From the human T2T-CHM13v2.0 reference genome, Homo sapiens: a DNA stretch of 64,000 nucleotides. The position numbers and the translations under genes were made by a program. Positions 51,757 through 64,000 of this stretch are shown here, in pieces (positions within the stretch are counted from its first letter, which is position 1; every line of letters starts with the position of its first letter). Below the pieces are notes generated by a model, which was not told where the DNA came from, did not search any database, and saw nothing but the letters and a program-made list of their open reading frames with translations. The DNA is taken from assembly GCF_009914755.1 (NCBI RefSeq), contig NC_060927.1. The stretch is one strand, 5' to 3'.

Positions 51757-54608
51757 GTAAAGAAATTGAGCACCCCCCTTAAATTTATATCCAGCAGAAA
51801 TGGATGCTAGTTTTTTTCATGAATTTTATGTGGAATCTAGAGCCTATCTAGATTCCTACTCAATAATCCCAACATTTGTATATTTATAAATGACACCATT
51901 TCCCTTGAATATCATACTTCTTTTCCAGAGGACTTTAAAACTTTTAACAAAGAGAGAAGACATGTATTTTCACCTATTTGATGTAGCAGATTATTTACGG
52001 AGCCAACATGTTGACACACTATAAACTGTAAAAAATGAGGCCTAATAAGGTTAATTGTCATCTGAACCTTCCTCTGTAGGCTGCAATCTGTGGGCTTTGA
52101 TTGTTTCTCTGGGGGAAACTCTGCCCAGATGGCGAAGTCCTCAAGGCCCTGACCCACAAGAGGCCTGCGGAGATGGAGAACAAGGTGCTTCTCCACAGAC
52201 TAATTAATTTACTAGTATAGCACCTGTTCCAGAATAGATAGGGCTGGAAGGGAAAGCAGTCCCTGGGCACAGTGGCAAGCTCTCGAGTAAATGGATTTCA
52301 GCTGATTATATTAAGCTGATGCTTTGATCATCTAAAGGCGTTAAAATGGAAATATGTTTTTTTCTGGCTGTTGGCTACTGTGAGTGTGGTTTGTATTATT
52401 ATTATTATCATAAATGTTGGATAATAGAAAAGGCTGTTTTAGATTTCAATACATCCCACTTAAAAAGTGCATGGTATCTTTGTGTATTTCTATTTCCAGT
52501 TTAGAAATGCGTGTTGTCATAAAACTGCACCTTTTAAACAATTCTGCTTTCTTGTTTCCATTTTATTCCAGCCAAATTACTAGCTGGAAATCAAACACCA
52601 GCACAGATTCCTTTTAGCTGGAACATTTTATTATGTACTCACACCTTTAATTCAATGTGTGTAATTAGGCTTTAATCAGCTGAACACTATTTGTGAAAAA
52701 ATAACAGACACTTCTTTAAATGAAATTCTGGTAAAGTCATGCCATTAAGCTTTGGTGACTAGTTACTGGCACGAATAAATCCTTGTGTAAACAAGGCTTG
52801 GTAGTAAATGGATTTACAATGTGAGTCTTTCTGCACTCAATTTCACTTTATTGCCTCTTTGATTCCCAAAAGGATTAGAGATAATTTTTTCAGTCCTTTA
52901 GATGCCATAAAACTGTTTCCCTTTCCAAATTAACACTATGATCTTCCATGTAATGTGTTTGGCAAACATGAGGAATTTATAAGACCACTAGTCTTACGTT
53001 GTATAGTAATGGAGATAAGAATATGGTGCCTTAGATGTCATGGCCTTACAATGGGAAGCTTTTACCAAGGTTGTGAATGAGGTTTTGAAAATAGAAAAGT
53101 ATTCTTGATTGTATGGAACACAGCCTAAAGAATGTTAATGATTATAGCTCTTTGGTAAGTTAAATGATTTGAACTATTTCTATTACCATTGCGAGTTAAT
53201 TTCTCATATTGAAACAGGGAAGTGCTGTTAACATTATGACAGGCAAAATTTAGTCCTTCTTTTTTAAGAAGATATGACACAGGATAGGAAAACAGCAAGC
53301 ACAACAAATTTAGCATATAATCCTGAGGTTTATTTCCAGATTGTCCTCTCTCGTTGTATCCTTATAATCCTTGGAACTATCCGTTCTGTGAAAGAAATTG
53401 AAAATTTCATGGCTGCTTTTCCTTGGTTCTCTTCTCTGAAACTCCAAAAGCATCCTTAAGGTGTTTTTGTTTTAGTGGATTTATTTGTTCAATACACATT
53501 CTTTTTTAAAAATCAAAATGCACAGAAACGTGTATAGTAAAAGTAGTTCATTTACTATCTTAACTCCTGAATCTGGTCCCTTAATGCAGCACCTTAGATT
53601 GACCAGTTCCTCACGTTGCCCTCCAGAGGTATTTTAATGGTGCTTGGTACAAACTAAAAGACATTTGAGATATTTCCAGTGATTTGCTTCTATAAGTAAT
53701 ACTGCTGTTAATATCTCTGGGCCAATAGTGCAAATGCAACTGCAGTATATATTCCTAAAAGTAAAATGGCTGGCTCATGGGGCACATGCATTTTAAATCT
53801 GGATAAATATTGCCAAGTTGTTCTCCAAATATGATACAGGAATGTGACTGTTTCCCAACAACCAGGTTTGTTTTCTCCCTAACCTGACAGTTAAATATTG
53901 TATCTTATTATTTTAATTTGCATTTCTTTAATTATGACTGAGGTTGAGTATCTTTTCAAATGATTAAAACCCACTTGATTCTCTTTTGATGTGAGCAGCT
54001 TGTTCATGTCCTTTGCCAGTCTCTCTGTTGGGCCATCAATGTTATTCTTATGGGGTTGAAGAGCTCTTTATGGAAAAAGGAAATCAGCCCTCTGTCTGCC
54101 AACATGCAGTATTTGTCATTTCGGTGGCGTTTCCCTTCATATCTGTCTCTCATTTACCATGCCTTCTATTGCTCTTCTTTTATCATTGGCAGTCTGGATT
54201 TAGGGTTGCTTAATAACTCCTGGAAACCAGAAATGATAATGTCATGGGAAAGGGGTTAATTTAAGTGTTTTCGTAACTTTGACTTTTGATGAAGTAGGAG
54301 GATAAGGACTGAAAGGACAAAATTAAAAAGAGTGTGAGGGGACTTTAGTGATTTGAAAGAGGGGCTTTTACACTGACAAGACCTTGAAAAAAATAGCGTT
54401 TATACAAAAAAAGCAATTTACTTTACCCATAATTTTCTGCTTTTCTTTTGCCATTATTACAGGTATTTGTGTCAGAGTAAGAAATCTCTTTCTAGATGTT
54501 TTTGCCATAAAGTCATATTTCTGTGTTTTGGACATCGCATTTTGTGGTCATAAAATGGAAGTGATTGTAAGGCCACGTATTCAGCACAATGACCTTGATC
54601 CTGAATGA
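51618..54608 (+). CDS. Hypothetical spliced 129-aa ORF, join(51618..51756,52080..52184,54463..54608)
   Basis: 139+105+146=390 nt with no internal stop; no recognisable domain; weak Kozak context (cttATGt). Confidence 0.25.
52080..52184 (+). ncRNA. Candidate exon B (105 nt)
   Basis: Acceptor tctgaaccttcctctgtag|, weak donor AAG|gtgctt; GC-richer than flanks; open in the frame continuing from exon A. Confidence 0.55.
53480..54110 (-). mobile_element. Old L1M (L1ME-like) relic
   Basis: atattcctaaaagtaaaatggctggctcatgggg...attgccaagttgttctccaaa...ttttaatttgcatttctttaattatgactgaggttgag. Confidence 0.75.
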
Positions 54609-54662
54609 AGTGGAGAGAGGAGAGAGAGAACAGCGTGACTAACAGCTCTTGTTGAAGCACAA
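54463..54662 (+). ncRNA. Candidate exon C (200 nt)
   Basis: Acceptor ttttctgcttttcttttgccattattacag|, donor CAA|gtaact; same frame open to TGA at 54606-54608. Confidence 0.55.
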
Positions 54663-54794
54663 GTAACTTTTTATGTTCCACTCCACAATGATGAAAAAGT
54701 AAACACAGAGACAGGTTTTAGATGTTGATGGCTTTATATCAAAGTGAAATATATTTGTCATGTTCCAAAGTTACCTTCATTATCATTATTTTTA

Positions 54795-55010
54795 GAGGAA
54801 TGGTTAAAAGCATAGGCTCTGGAATCAAACAGCTTGGGTTCAAATCTTGGATCTTTCACTTCTTAGCTGCATGACCTTCATTAAGTTCTCATCTGTAAAA
54901 ATAGGGAAAATACGAGAAACTACTTCATGGGATTGTTACAAAGATAAAGTGCAATAATGCATGTGTCTGGCATAGAGTAAGCTCTTTCAGTGTCAGTTAG
55001 TATTAGCATA
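54795..55010 (+). mobile_element. MIR
   Basis: tggttaaaagcataggctctggaatcaaacagcttgggttcaaatc. Confidence 0.85.
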
Positions 55011-56089
55011 ATTAAGTGCAGAATGTTTGTAAAATGTTATCTAAATTGTACTATACTCGACCTGGTTTAAAGTAAGTGAATGGATATCTGTGAAACTTTC
55101 TGACATGTGCTAAAATACATTGCAGCCTTCATTAAATCTCATTTGAATAGTTTCTGACTAAAGTTACTTCATAGCATCTCCCCTCTCTTTGCAATTTTTA
55201 CCAAGCCAGGTTGTTTACAGGTGAAAATCTGATACATAGTAGTATTATCTGATTGAAGTTAGCCATGGCAAGAAGCCTCTTTTATGCTTCACTAGTCTTA
55301 GAGTGAACATTGGCTACCCTCTTGCCCCTCAGTCCCTATTGCATTTATGTGTATGTTCATGCTGTTCCTTCTGTTTGAAATGCTATTCCTATCTTTGCCA
55401 TTTACATCTATATATATACACACACACATATATATATTTCCCCCTCTATTTGTCAAGGAAATTGGTAGCTACATTTTATTCTAAGTCACTTCTGCTGATG
55501 AGCAAGAATAATGCTAAGCAATACTGCTGAATTGGGTATGACCATCCAGTATTATAAGGGAGACAAGTGTGTTTATGTATTAGTTTTAAGTGAATGACTT
55601 TCAATCACTCCAATCAACATTTCTGATATGGATATTTTCATGTGAAATGATTGCTTTTGTGTTGGTTAGTTTTGCAAATCAGAACCTATTTGCAGAACAC
55701 TATTAGACCAATATATCTTATCATAATATTTGCCAGTACCACAGGTTTTACAAATTAGTTATAATGACTGTAGTTTTCTATTAACATGAAGTTACTGATT
55801 GACTAATTTATTTACTTTATGGGAATTCATATAGCACAGCGCCAATGTTCTATGACTAAGGGTGAGTGCATGGATTCTTGATATTAAAAACAACTATTCA
55901 TTGTACCTTTTTCTCTGGCTCTGCATGCCCAGAAAGTGCCTGATGGAAAAGATTATAAAATAGTTACTCAGGAAATTAATTAGTAACACTTACATACAAG
56001 ATCCTGAATCAAAATCTACTCAATTTACAAGGGTTCCTTCATGAGTGACTACAACATCAACAGAGGAAGATCACTGGAATTGTGGTGCC

Positions 56090-58330
56090 TAATGACTTTA
56101 TTTTTTCCCAGATAAACAAATGAAAATAAAAACTAAATAACACTTCCATCTACCAAATAGGTAAAACTTCTAAAATAGTAGTCAATGCTGGAAAATGCAT
56201 AGATAGATACCCTCATGAATGGTTGGTGAGGCTGTGTATCAGTATAACTTTTCTGGGAAGTAATTTGGCAAGACATATTAAGAGCCTTGAAATGGGCTTC
56301 TCAGCAAAATGGTTAATGGAGCACACACATCTAGCCTCCAGGCTTTGCAGGATTCTGTTAAATCACCAATGAAATATAAAAATTGGAAAATGTCAGTATC
56401 TGGACTATACTGCTACTACTACTACTGATGATAAAATTCTGAACCCAGAATCCCAGATAACTTCAAAAATTGGAAAATGGGTGAGGAAAGGCAAAGGAAA
56501 AAATAATGCATGCTGTTTCTTATCTAATTTAGGAGTCATTAAATGTTGTTCATTATGGAGAAAATCATGTGTGCATGTGTTTGGATCTGAGTGTGTGTGT
56601 TAAAGGTAATCACTAGTAAAATAAAAATAGGATAAATGTTTTCCAATTACTAGAAAAAAATATATAGGAAAAACAAAATGGTTTATGACATAAAAAAGAA
56701 AAACTAGATACAGAAAAATCAGAAAACAGATAACATTTCAGTTTTAACTCAGGGATGTGAACTACACGCATAAGACCAATAAAATTTTATAACTTAATTT
56801 TTAATTTCAAATAGTGGCTATAAAAGGGGGTTTAAGTACAGTCTGGCAGCCAGGACCATGAGAAGAATCATCCTAGATGTCCACAGGCAGATGTGGCTCT
56901 CACACTGGGGCCAAGAATTTTGGCTGTAAGAAATCCAAGTTACCCAGAATGAGTGAGTGGCTTTATACCTTTCAGTCTAGAAGGATATACAATTAAGGAG
57001 TTTCAGTTAATTGCCACGGAAACTGTTCTGCATATTTCAAAATTTGAAATATATAAATATTTGTGTGTTAAGAAGATATCTGTGTATATTTAGTATCTTA
57101 TGTACTTGGATATTGAAGTTAATTTAGTTTAGTAGAGTCTGTTCAACATCAAATAATATTGGTCCATTACAGCCTTGTAACTTCAATTTAAATGTGGTAA
57201 ATTGTTAACTTGATATGTTAAATTGAGTAAGTGATTTAGACTTAAAATTTTAAATTGAAATCTAACTGAAGTTTAAGTACAATGTTGGCAACCAAAATAA
57301 TTTAATTATATTTACTAATGTAAACATTGGATTTTTTATTTATGTACTTAGGAAGTTTCAGTTTGTTAATTCAGACAACTGAAGTACTTAAAAAAAAGAA
57401 GCCAAGTACATTAAATGTATAAATGCAGTTTTAAATGTTTGAAGTTGTTAAATATCTATAAATGGGCTCAGCATTACCAAAAAACTCCTTAGAAACAACT
57501 GCTAAAATCTGCCAAACTTCTAAATATAATTATAAATTTCTTAAGCTCAACTTTAAAACATAAGGAAAAACTAGATTTTTAAAATTTATGCCTTATTACA
57601 TTAATATAAATTTTAAAACAAATATAAACCCAATAACAAACATTTCTGTATTTAAAAGCCACCATCAAGGACAACAAAAAATTCACATTACCAGATAAAA
57701 TAATAGGTAAAAAATTTCAAAAGATGACAATATTAATTGTAGAAAAGGTAAAATTCAAGACAAGAAACATCAAATGGGACAAAAGAGGCCAGTTAATAAA
57801 AAACTCTATGGTAAGGATAAAATAATTATGGACCATTACAATGTAAATAATAGCACTAAAATTTTTTTATTAAACAAAAACTTACTAAAATACAAAAAAA
57901 AAAAACAAACCCAGCAAACTAACAGAAACATGAGCGAAGAAGACTTTACACAGTAACGGCAGAAGGTGTATTGAAGCCTAAAGCAAGTTCATATTTTTCT
58001 ACTCTGAGTTTTCACTTTGGAAATCTACTGTAATTATATAATTGGAAATGTAGGCAAAGCTTTATATGCAAGAATATTCATTAAGTTTTAGTCATAGTAG
58101 TGAAAAATTAATTACTCAAATGTCTAACAATTGGGAAATTATCAAATCAGGGTTCTTAATTGAAAGGATCTTTGAATATCTGAAGTTACATGCCAAATTT
58201 GGTTGCCTATTGTAACTTTCAGCAGCTTCACAAAGTAACTCATGTCCCCATAATAGTAAGAATAACTAAATAAAAATTTGAGCATCTACAGACTGTGACT
58301 AACACAGTCAATAAAAATGTTTCCAAATAA
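56090..58330 (+). mobile_element. Fragmented old L1M sequence with probable DNA-transposon inserts
   Basis: cctcatgaatggttggtgagg...acttttctgggaagtaatttggca and A-rich ORF2-like decay; subfamily not resolvable by eye. Confidence 0.5.
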
Positions 58331-58529
58331 TTTTAACAAGATTAAATGATAATTTTTTAAACTTTCCAAATGGTTTTAGTAAATGTGATAGTAAGCATTA
58401 CAAAAATGTTTCATACATTACATGGAGTGGAAATCAGCTAAAAAACTCTCCACATATCTGACAATTGAATGAAGACCCCACAAAGAGTGCACGTCTGCAG
58501 ACTTATACACAGAGAAAGAAGTATCTATA

Positions 58530-58650
58530 TGGAAGCTTCTTACAGGCAGGAATTTTGGGTTGTTTTCTTCACTGCTGCAGACTCAGCGTCTAGGGTCGTG
58601 TCTGGCATGTAGTAAATGCTCAGTAAATATTTCTCGAATGACTAAATACA
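58530..58650 (+). mobile_element. L2 3' end
   Basis: gtgtctggcatgtagtaaatgctcagtaaatatttctcgaatga. Confidence 0.75.
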
Positions 58651-59489
58651 ATTCCTCAAAGTGTTAATAATGATGACCTAAATGACAAGATTATGTATTC
58701 TTTGCTTTGTTTATATCACGCTTTCCAAATTTTCTATAATGTGCCTTTATTACATTTAGAATGACAAAAATAGTTTAAAAACTGGAACAGGACTCCCCTA
58801 TTGTGAATCTCTATACTAATGAGAAATCTTCCCTTTCTTCCCTTAAGATTTGTTTTCTTGTGTGCTTTGTGTTGATATTTGCCACCTGAAATAAATCTTA
58901 TCACCCTACCGCTTGGGAGTCTTGAATGTTTGCAAGCCAAATTTTGCTTCAAAGTCCAAAATATGGCCCTAATATAACTTCCCAACTGAATCTCCAACTC
59001 CTAAATGTTAGAAAATGCCCTTGCCACCTTCATTTGCTGCTCTCAATATTTACTTCTAGGGAGAATGTGATGGATAATGCAAAGGCACTGGCATCACCCA
59101 TTCCAACCAGGTGGTCATGTTGCTCATCTTACCCTTGTGTTCATAATCCTGCTCATTTTCACACCCAACTACTCCCTCATGTTTTGTGTGACCATCCCAC
59201 TCCAAAAGGAATTCTCTATCTGATATCCTTTAGCCCCCTTTCTGTCTGCAGATTCTTTAGACTCTTAACCCTGTATTGTTACTGTTTTCCTGAAATGTTT
59301 CATAAATGTATGCTATGTTTTCCCCAACATGCTAGCAAACCTTTTCGGACTGGGGAAAATGATGCTTACTTCTTTATATCTCTTATCAAGCCTGGTACAG
59401 GGCATTACACACAGCGGGCACTAAACACATGTTTACTGAAAATGGCTGGAAGCTGTTTAGTTCTAACACTGGTGAGAAAAGTTGAAAAA

Positions 59490-59830
59490 ACAGAGATTTG
59501 GGGTCAGACAGGCTGGGGTTCAAATCTAACCTCTGCTGGTTACTATTTAACTTTGTGACCTTATGTAAATTAATCTCTGTGAGACTTTAATGTCAGTTTA
59601 CTGCAGTGGTTATAAGTTCTTACTCTGTCTTCTCAGCTGTGTCATTTACTGTGTGAATTTGAGAAAATTATTCTCCCTCTCTGAACCTCAGTTTCCTCAT
59701 TGGTGAAGTAGAGAAAACAATACCATCTAGCTCATAGGATTAGTGGGAGGATTAAATGAAATAAAGCATGGAAAAACCATTAGCACAGTGCGGAGCACGT
59801 GATAAAGCCTTGTTCAAAATATATTAGTTG
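59490..59830 (+). mobile_element. Two tandem MIR fragments
   Basis: gggttcaaatctaacctctgct; ctctgaacctcagtttcctcatt...ggattaaatga. Confidence 0.8.
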
Positions 59831-59832
59831 TT

Positions 59833-60080
59833 ACATGTTCTCACATATAAGTGGGAGCTAACCAATGGGCACACATGGACATAGAGATGGAAATAGTAGA
59901 TACTGGGGACTCCAAAAGCGGGGAGGGTGGAGAGAGGGCAAGGGTTGAAAAATTACCTATCAGATACAATGTTCACTATTTGGGTACTTGGTACACTAGA
60001 AACCCAGTCCCCACCAGTACGTAATATACCCATGTAACAAACATGCATATATACTTCCTAAATCTAAATTTTTTTAAAGA
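59833..60080 (+). mobile_element. L1PB4/L1MA1-2-like 3' end
   Basis: atgttctcacatataagtgggagcta...ggggactccaaaag...agggttgaaaaattacctat...atacccatgtaacaaac. Confidence 0.85.
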
Positions 60081-60082
60081 GA

Positions 60083-60260
60083 GTATTAGTTAGTATTAGA
60101 CATGTTAGTAATGAGTAGAGTATTATATATTAAATTATAAGTATTAGATTAGTATTGAATCACATTCTAGTTAAGTATTAGATATTAGTATTAGATTACA
60201 TTCTTGTTAAATATTAGATATTAAATTAGATATTAGTATTAATTAGTATTAGATATATCA
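60083..60260. repeat. Degenerate TATTAG/TATTAGA tandem repeat
   Basis: Many copies of tattag variants. Confidence 0.85.
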
Positions 60261-60333
60261 GTAGTAAGAGTATTTGTATTGGATGGCACAAGATGAAATT
60301 AGATTTCCGTAGCAGTGGGAAAAGAGGACCCAA

Positions 60334-60531
60334 CAGTGGTTTCTAAAAGGACAACACTTTCCACGTGAGAGGCATTTGGCTAGGCCTTGGGAGGAGTTTG
60401 AAGTTATTTCAACAATGTGGGTTCTATAAATATTTGCTGCCTGGGACCAGTTCTGTGTTAAATCTGGCAGTCCTATGCTAGCAAGAATTGTCCCATCTAA
60501 AATGCCAGTAGCACTCCATTGAAAAACCTTG
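60334..60531. mobile_element. MER20B-like hAT-Charlie element
   Basis: cagtggtttctaaa...aaatgccagtagcactccattgaaaaaccttg. Confidence 0.6.
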
Positions 60532-60584
60532 AAAGATCTTAGGCTCTGTAAGGACAAATCAGAATGAAAAATAAGAGGCTTTCC

Positions 60585-61130
60585 AGACAATGGAATATTA
60601 TTCAATGGTAAAAAGAAATGAGCTATTAAGCCGTGGAAAGGCATGGCGGAATCTTAAACGCGTATTAGTAAGTGAAAGAAACCAATCTGAAAATGCTACA
60701 TACTGTATGATTTGAACGATATGACATTCTAGAAAAGGCAAAACTATGGAGATAGTAAAAGGATCAGTGGTTGCCAGGGGTTAGTGAGGATGGAGAGATG
60801 AATAGGCAAAGCATAGAGGATTTTTAAGGCAGTAAAACTATTCTGTATGATACTATAATGGTAGATATATGTCATTATATATGTTTGTCAAAACCAATAG
60901 GATGTATAACACAAAGAGTGAACCCTGATGTAAACTCTGGGCTTTGGATGATAATGATGTGTCCATGTAGCTTCATCTGTTGTAACAAATGTACCGTTCT
61001 GGTGTGGGATATTTATAGTAGGGGAGGTGGTGTGTATGTGGGGCCAGAGGGTATATGGGCAATCTCTGTACCTTCCACTCAATTTTGTTTGAATCTAAAA
61101 CTGCTCTAAAAAGATGAATTTATTTTAAAA
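60585..61130 (+). mobile_element. L1MC1/2-like 3' end
   Basis: aaaaggcaaaactatggagatagtaaaaggatcagtggttgccagggg...agagtgaaccctgatgtaaact...aatctaaaactgctctaaaa. Confidence 0.88.
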
Positions 61131-61323
61131 ATATATAATGGTTGTTTTGGTATTTGGGAGGACAGCAATGGCAAGAAAAGACATTATTTCTGAATCTACT
61201 ATGTCATAGACTTCCCACAAATGTTAAATGAGCTACTGCAAAAGGAAATGCTTAGCATGATAGTAGCTCAATAGGTTCTGGGGCAATCATTATTTTAGTT
61301 TCTTGTATAATGGATTAGTAGTA

Positions 61324-61716
61324 CAATCATGCACCACCTAACGACTTTTTAGTGAACAGTAGACTGCATACACCACGGTAGTCTCATAAGATTATAATGG
61401 AGCTGAAATATTTCTATTGCCGAGTGACATCATTGCCATTGTAACATTGTCATAGTGCAACACACTACCTTTTCTATGTTTAGATATATTTATATACACC
61501 AATATTTGCCATTATGTTACACTTGCTTACAGTATTCAGTACAATAACATGCTGTACATGTTTGTAGCCTAGGGGCAATGGGCTACACCTTAGAGCCTAG
61601 GTGCGTAGTAGGCTGTACCGTCTAGGTTTGTGTAAGAACACTCTGTGATATTTGCACAATAAGGGAATCACTGCATTTCTCAGAGCCTCTCCCCACCATT
61701 GAGCAACACATGACTG
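61324..61716 (+). mobile_element. Tigger3a/b (MER7) TcMar DNA transposon
   Basis: Terminal inverted repeats caatcatgc.../...acatgactg, TA at left flank; cataagattataatggagctgaaa; gtttgtagcctagg. Confidence 0.85.
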
Positions 61717-62037
61717 TGCCTAGTTTGCAGAATTGTTGGTTGGGTTCAATGAGAAATGACTATACTACAAGTGATTAATAGATTATAATTTCCCCTCACC
61801 TTCCGTACCCCACAACTAATTCTTCTTGACACCTCCTGCTGTAGTCCTGAACTTCTGAAGAATTGTTGGGGTACTCTAGTCATGTCTGAATGTAGAAATG
61901 GTTTGTGGAAAAATGTTGGTCCCCACCGAGCATCTCTATGTGTTGTTTGACCCTCGGTGGCATTTACTTTGTATGCATCATGACTGAAGTCATAATTCAG
62001 ATTATAGCAGAACCAAAACAAATGACAAGTCAATAGC

Positions 62038-62095
62038 TTGCAGATGTAGAAAATGAGGCCCAGAGAGGTTCTGTGAATTATCCAAGGTCACCACA
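62038..62095 (-). mobile_element. MIR core fragment
   Basis: cagatgtagaaaatgaggcccagagagg...ccaaggtcac. Confidence 0.65.
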
Positions 62096-64000
62096 GTATG
62101 TTATTTGTGCAGTCTTTTGTGGTGTGTGGGCCTATTTTGCCTCTTTTCCCCTGGGCTTGTCATAACTCTCACAACCCATGTGAGACCTGCAGTGTCCTGC
62201 AGACAGCTGAAAAATTTGCCTCCTCTTCTGCTGGATCTCTCAGAAAATACATTTAAGTAAAAGTTTTTTGCTTTTATTTTTTTTTCCAAAACTCATGTTG
62301 TTCATTAAAATCGCTATTTAATATAAAAAAACAAATTAAACGGGAGGGAAAAGAAAGCATTTCTTCAATGTTTTTTTTCCAGTTGCTTTTTGTGCAGGTG
62401 GGTTGCTACAGGAGTCCCCTCTTCCAAAGCCCATCTGGGATGTTAGTTTAGCTCTATTGATGTTTAAGGCTCTGTCTTTCATCGTAACCACATGCCAAGA
62501 CAATAAGTAATTGAACCACATGTTTTGCCTTTTTTAAAAGGTGTAATCTCCTTCTGAAGTGTAGCGATGTTTAGCAGGATTTTTCTAATTTATCTGTCAT
62601 CACACCATGTGGGCTAGGCTCCAAGCCTTGACTGCAGTGTCTCTTTATCACCGTCTTTTGATGAACACCTGTTTCCAGCATATAAATATATCTGCTGAGA
62701 AGCAAAATTAAAATAATTTCAACAGTATAGGAATAATTAGGAACCTTTTTTGCAAGGTCCACCTGTTCCAAATATGAAAACATAATATTTAGTTGCATAT
62801 ACATTCTTTTATCACTATATATTCTTTATGCTAGTTATGTATATATTTGGTAGTAATTCTCTGATATTTCATTAGCTGAAAAAAAATTTTCACTTTTAGA
62901 TATTTAATTGTAAGCAATTTTTTAAAAAATCAGAATTTCTTATGCCCATTAAGAGACGAAAGGAAGGAAATTACTCCAAAACTTCTTAAAATAAGAAACT
63001 TTAAAGTGCTCCATTATTTATGTTTGTTATGCTTTTTGTTAAGGACTTAACTTCTTCATGAATAAAAAAAGATTATATGAATCCTAAGTTGGTTATAATA
63101 GATACTATTTTTTAAATAAAAATATGAGTGCCCTTATAAGAAAAGGGTTTTTTTGTTAACGTTTTGTATATTAACATATTTAAATCAATAGATTTAATAT
63201 GAAGAATTATCGTTTTTATGATTCACATGCATGTCTCTTTATATTTAAGGCTTTATCCTTCATGCTTATTCTTGGCTTTCCCATAGACCTTGAGCTGGAT
63301 GGTTTGAGACTTCAAAGTGAAATTACATGGCAACTGAAATCCCTCACTTCAGGAGGCCTTCACCAATAGTGATCCCTGTCCTATTACTACATGAGAGGAA
63401 TTGCCATTTTCAGGAATTCATACTTTTTACAAAAATATTCAGAGTAAGAGAACTTGCTATACAAAAAGCTGTGTAATGATTTAACATTAGCCACGCTGTT
63501 GTTCACTCAGGGTAAGAAGTAACTAGGTATTTATCCAAACACCCAATAAAGCAAATTCACAGGTGAGAGCCAAGTTGATGTAGAAATATATTACAATTTG
63601 TCTTCATTTTCAGAATGTGAAATCTGAAGTGCCAAATTTTTGGTTGTTTTTCTGACAACATGGGAAAAAGTAAATCACCAGTTGCCTGGCCCTTTCATGC
63701 AAAGTTGTACGTGAGGCATTATGTGACTGGTTGCTTTTTAGCAGTCAGGGACATTTTGGGCAATGGTTATATACACAAGACTAATTACACTAATTAGTCC
63801 ACACCAATGTGTGAGCAGTATGCATGTTTTTACAATTAGGATGTAATTTTAAAAAATCATTTATTGGGCACATTTAGAGACACAGCAGTTTTGGATTTAC
63901 CATACAATAGAAAAAGAAATTATCCAAATTGAATAAATGTGCATTTCAGCATGGGCAAATAAATTAATATATGGCTAATGAAACCTATGCTTGTGTCACA

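Noticed and set aside
51912-52270. Minus-strand ORFs over candidate exon B
   Set aside because: Splice signals favour the plus strand; these are likely shadows of locally higher GC
60083-60260. Repeat array as CRISPR-like or telomere-like
   Set aside because: No unique spacers, the unit is TATTAG rather than TTAGGG, and the context is primate DNA

Overview
This is primate (human-like) AT-rich, CpG-poor genomic DNA, not prokaryotic. It looks like the intron of a very large gene or lncRNA locus. Much of it is retro- and DNA-transposon relics: three Alus, a near-full-length but disrupted L1PA7/8-like LINE on the minus strand, 5'-truncated L1s, nested MaLR LTRs, a MER5 cluster, MER33, Tigger3, and many MIR/L2 fragments. 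Repeat subfamily names are by eye from remembered consensus sequences and boundaries of old elements are approximate. I recognise no established protein-coding exon, tRNA, rRNA, miRNA or CRISPR array. The strongest unexplained signal is three plus-strand exon-like segments (51604-51756, 52080-52184, 54463-54662) with AG/GT boundaries. All join in phase 1 and splice into one uninterrupted 129-aa ORF that the unspliced ORF track cannot show. The second signal is a 256-bp tract homogenised between two inverted L1 copies about 12 kb apart, suggesting gene conversion or an inversion. Also noted: an inverted rather than direct 14-bp flanking repeat on one L1, and two good CTCF motifs.
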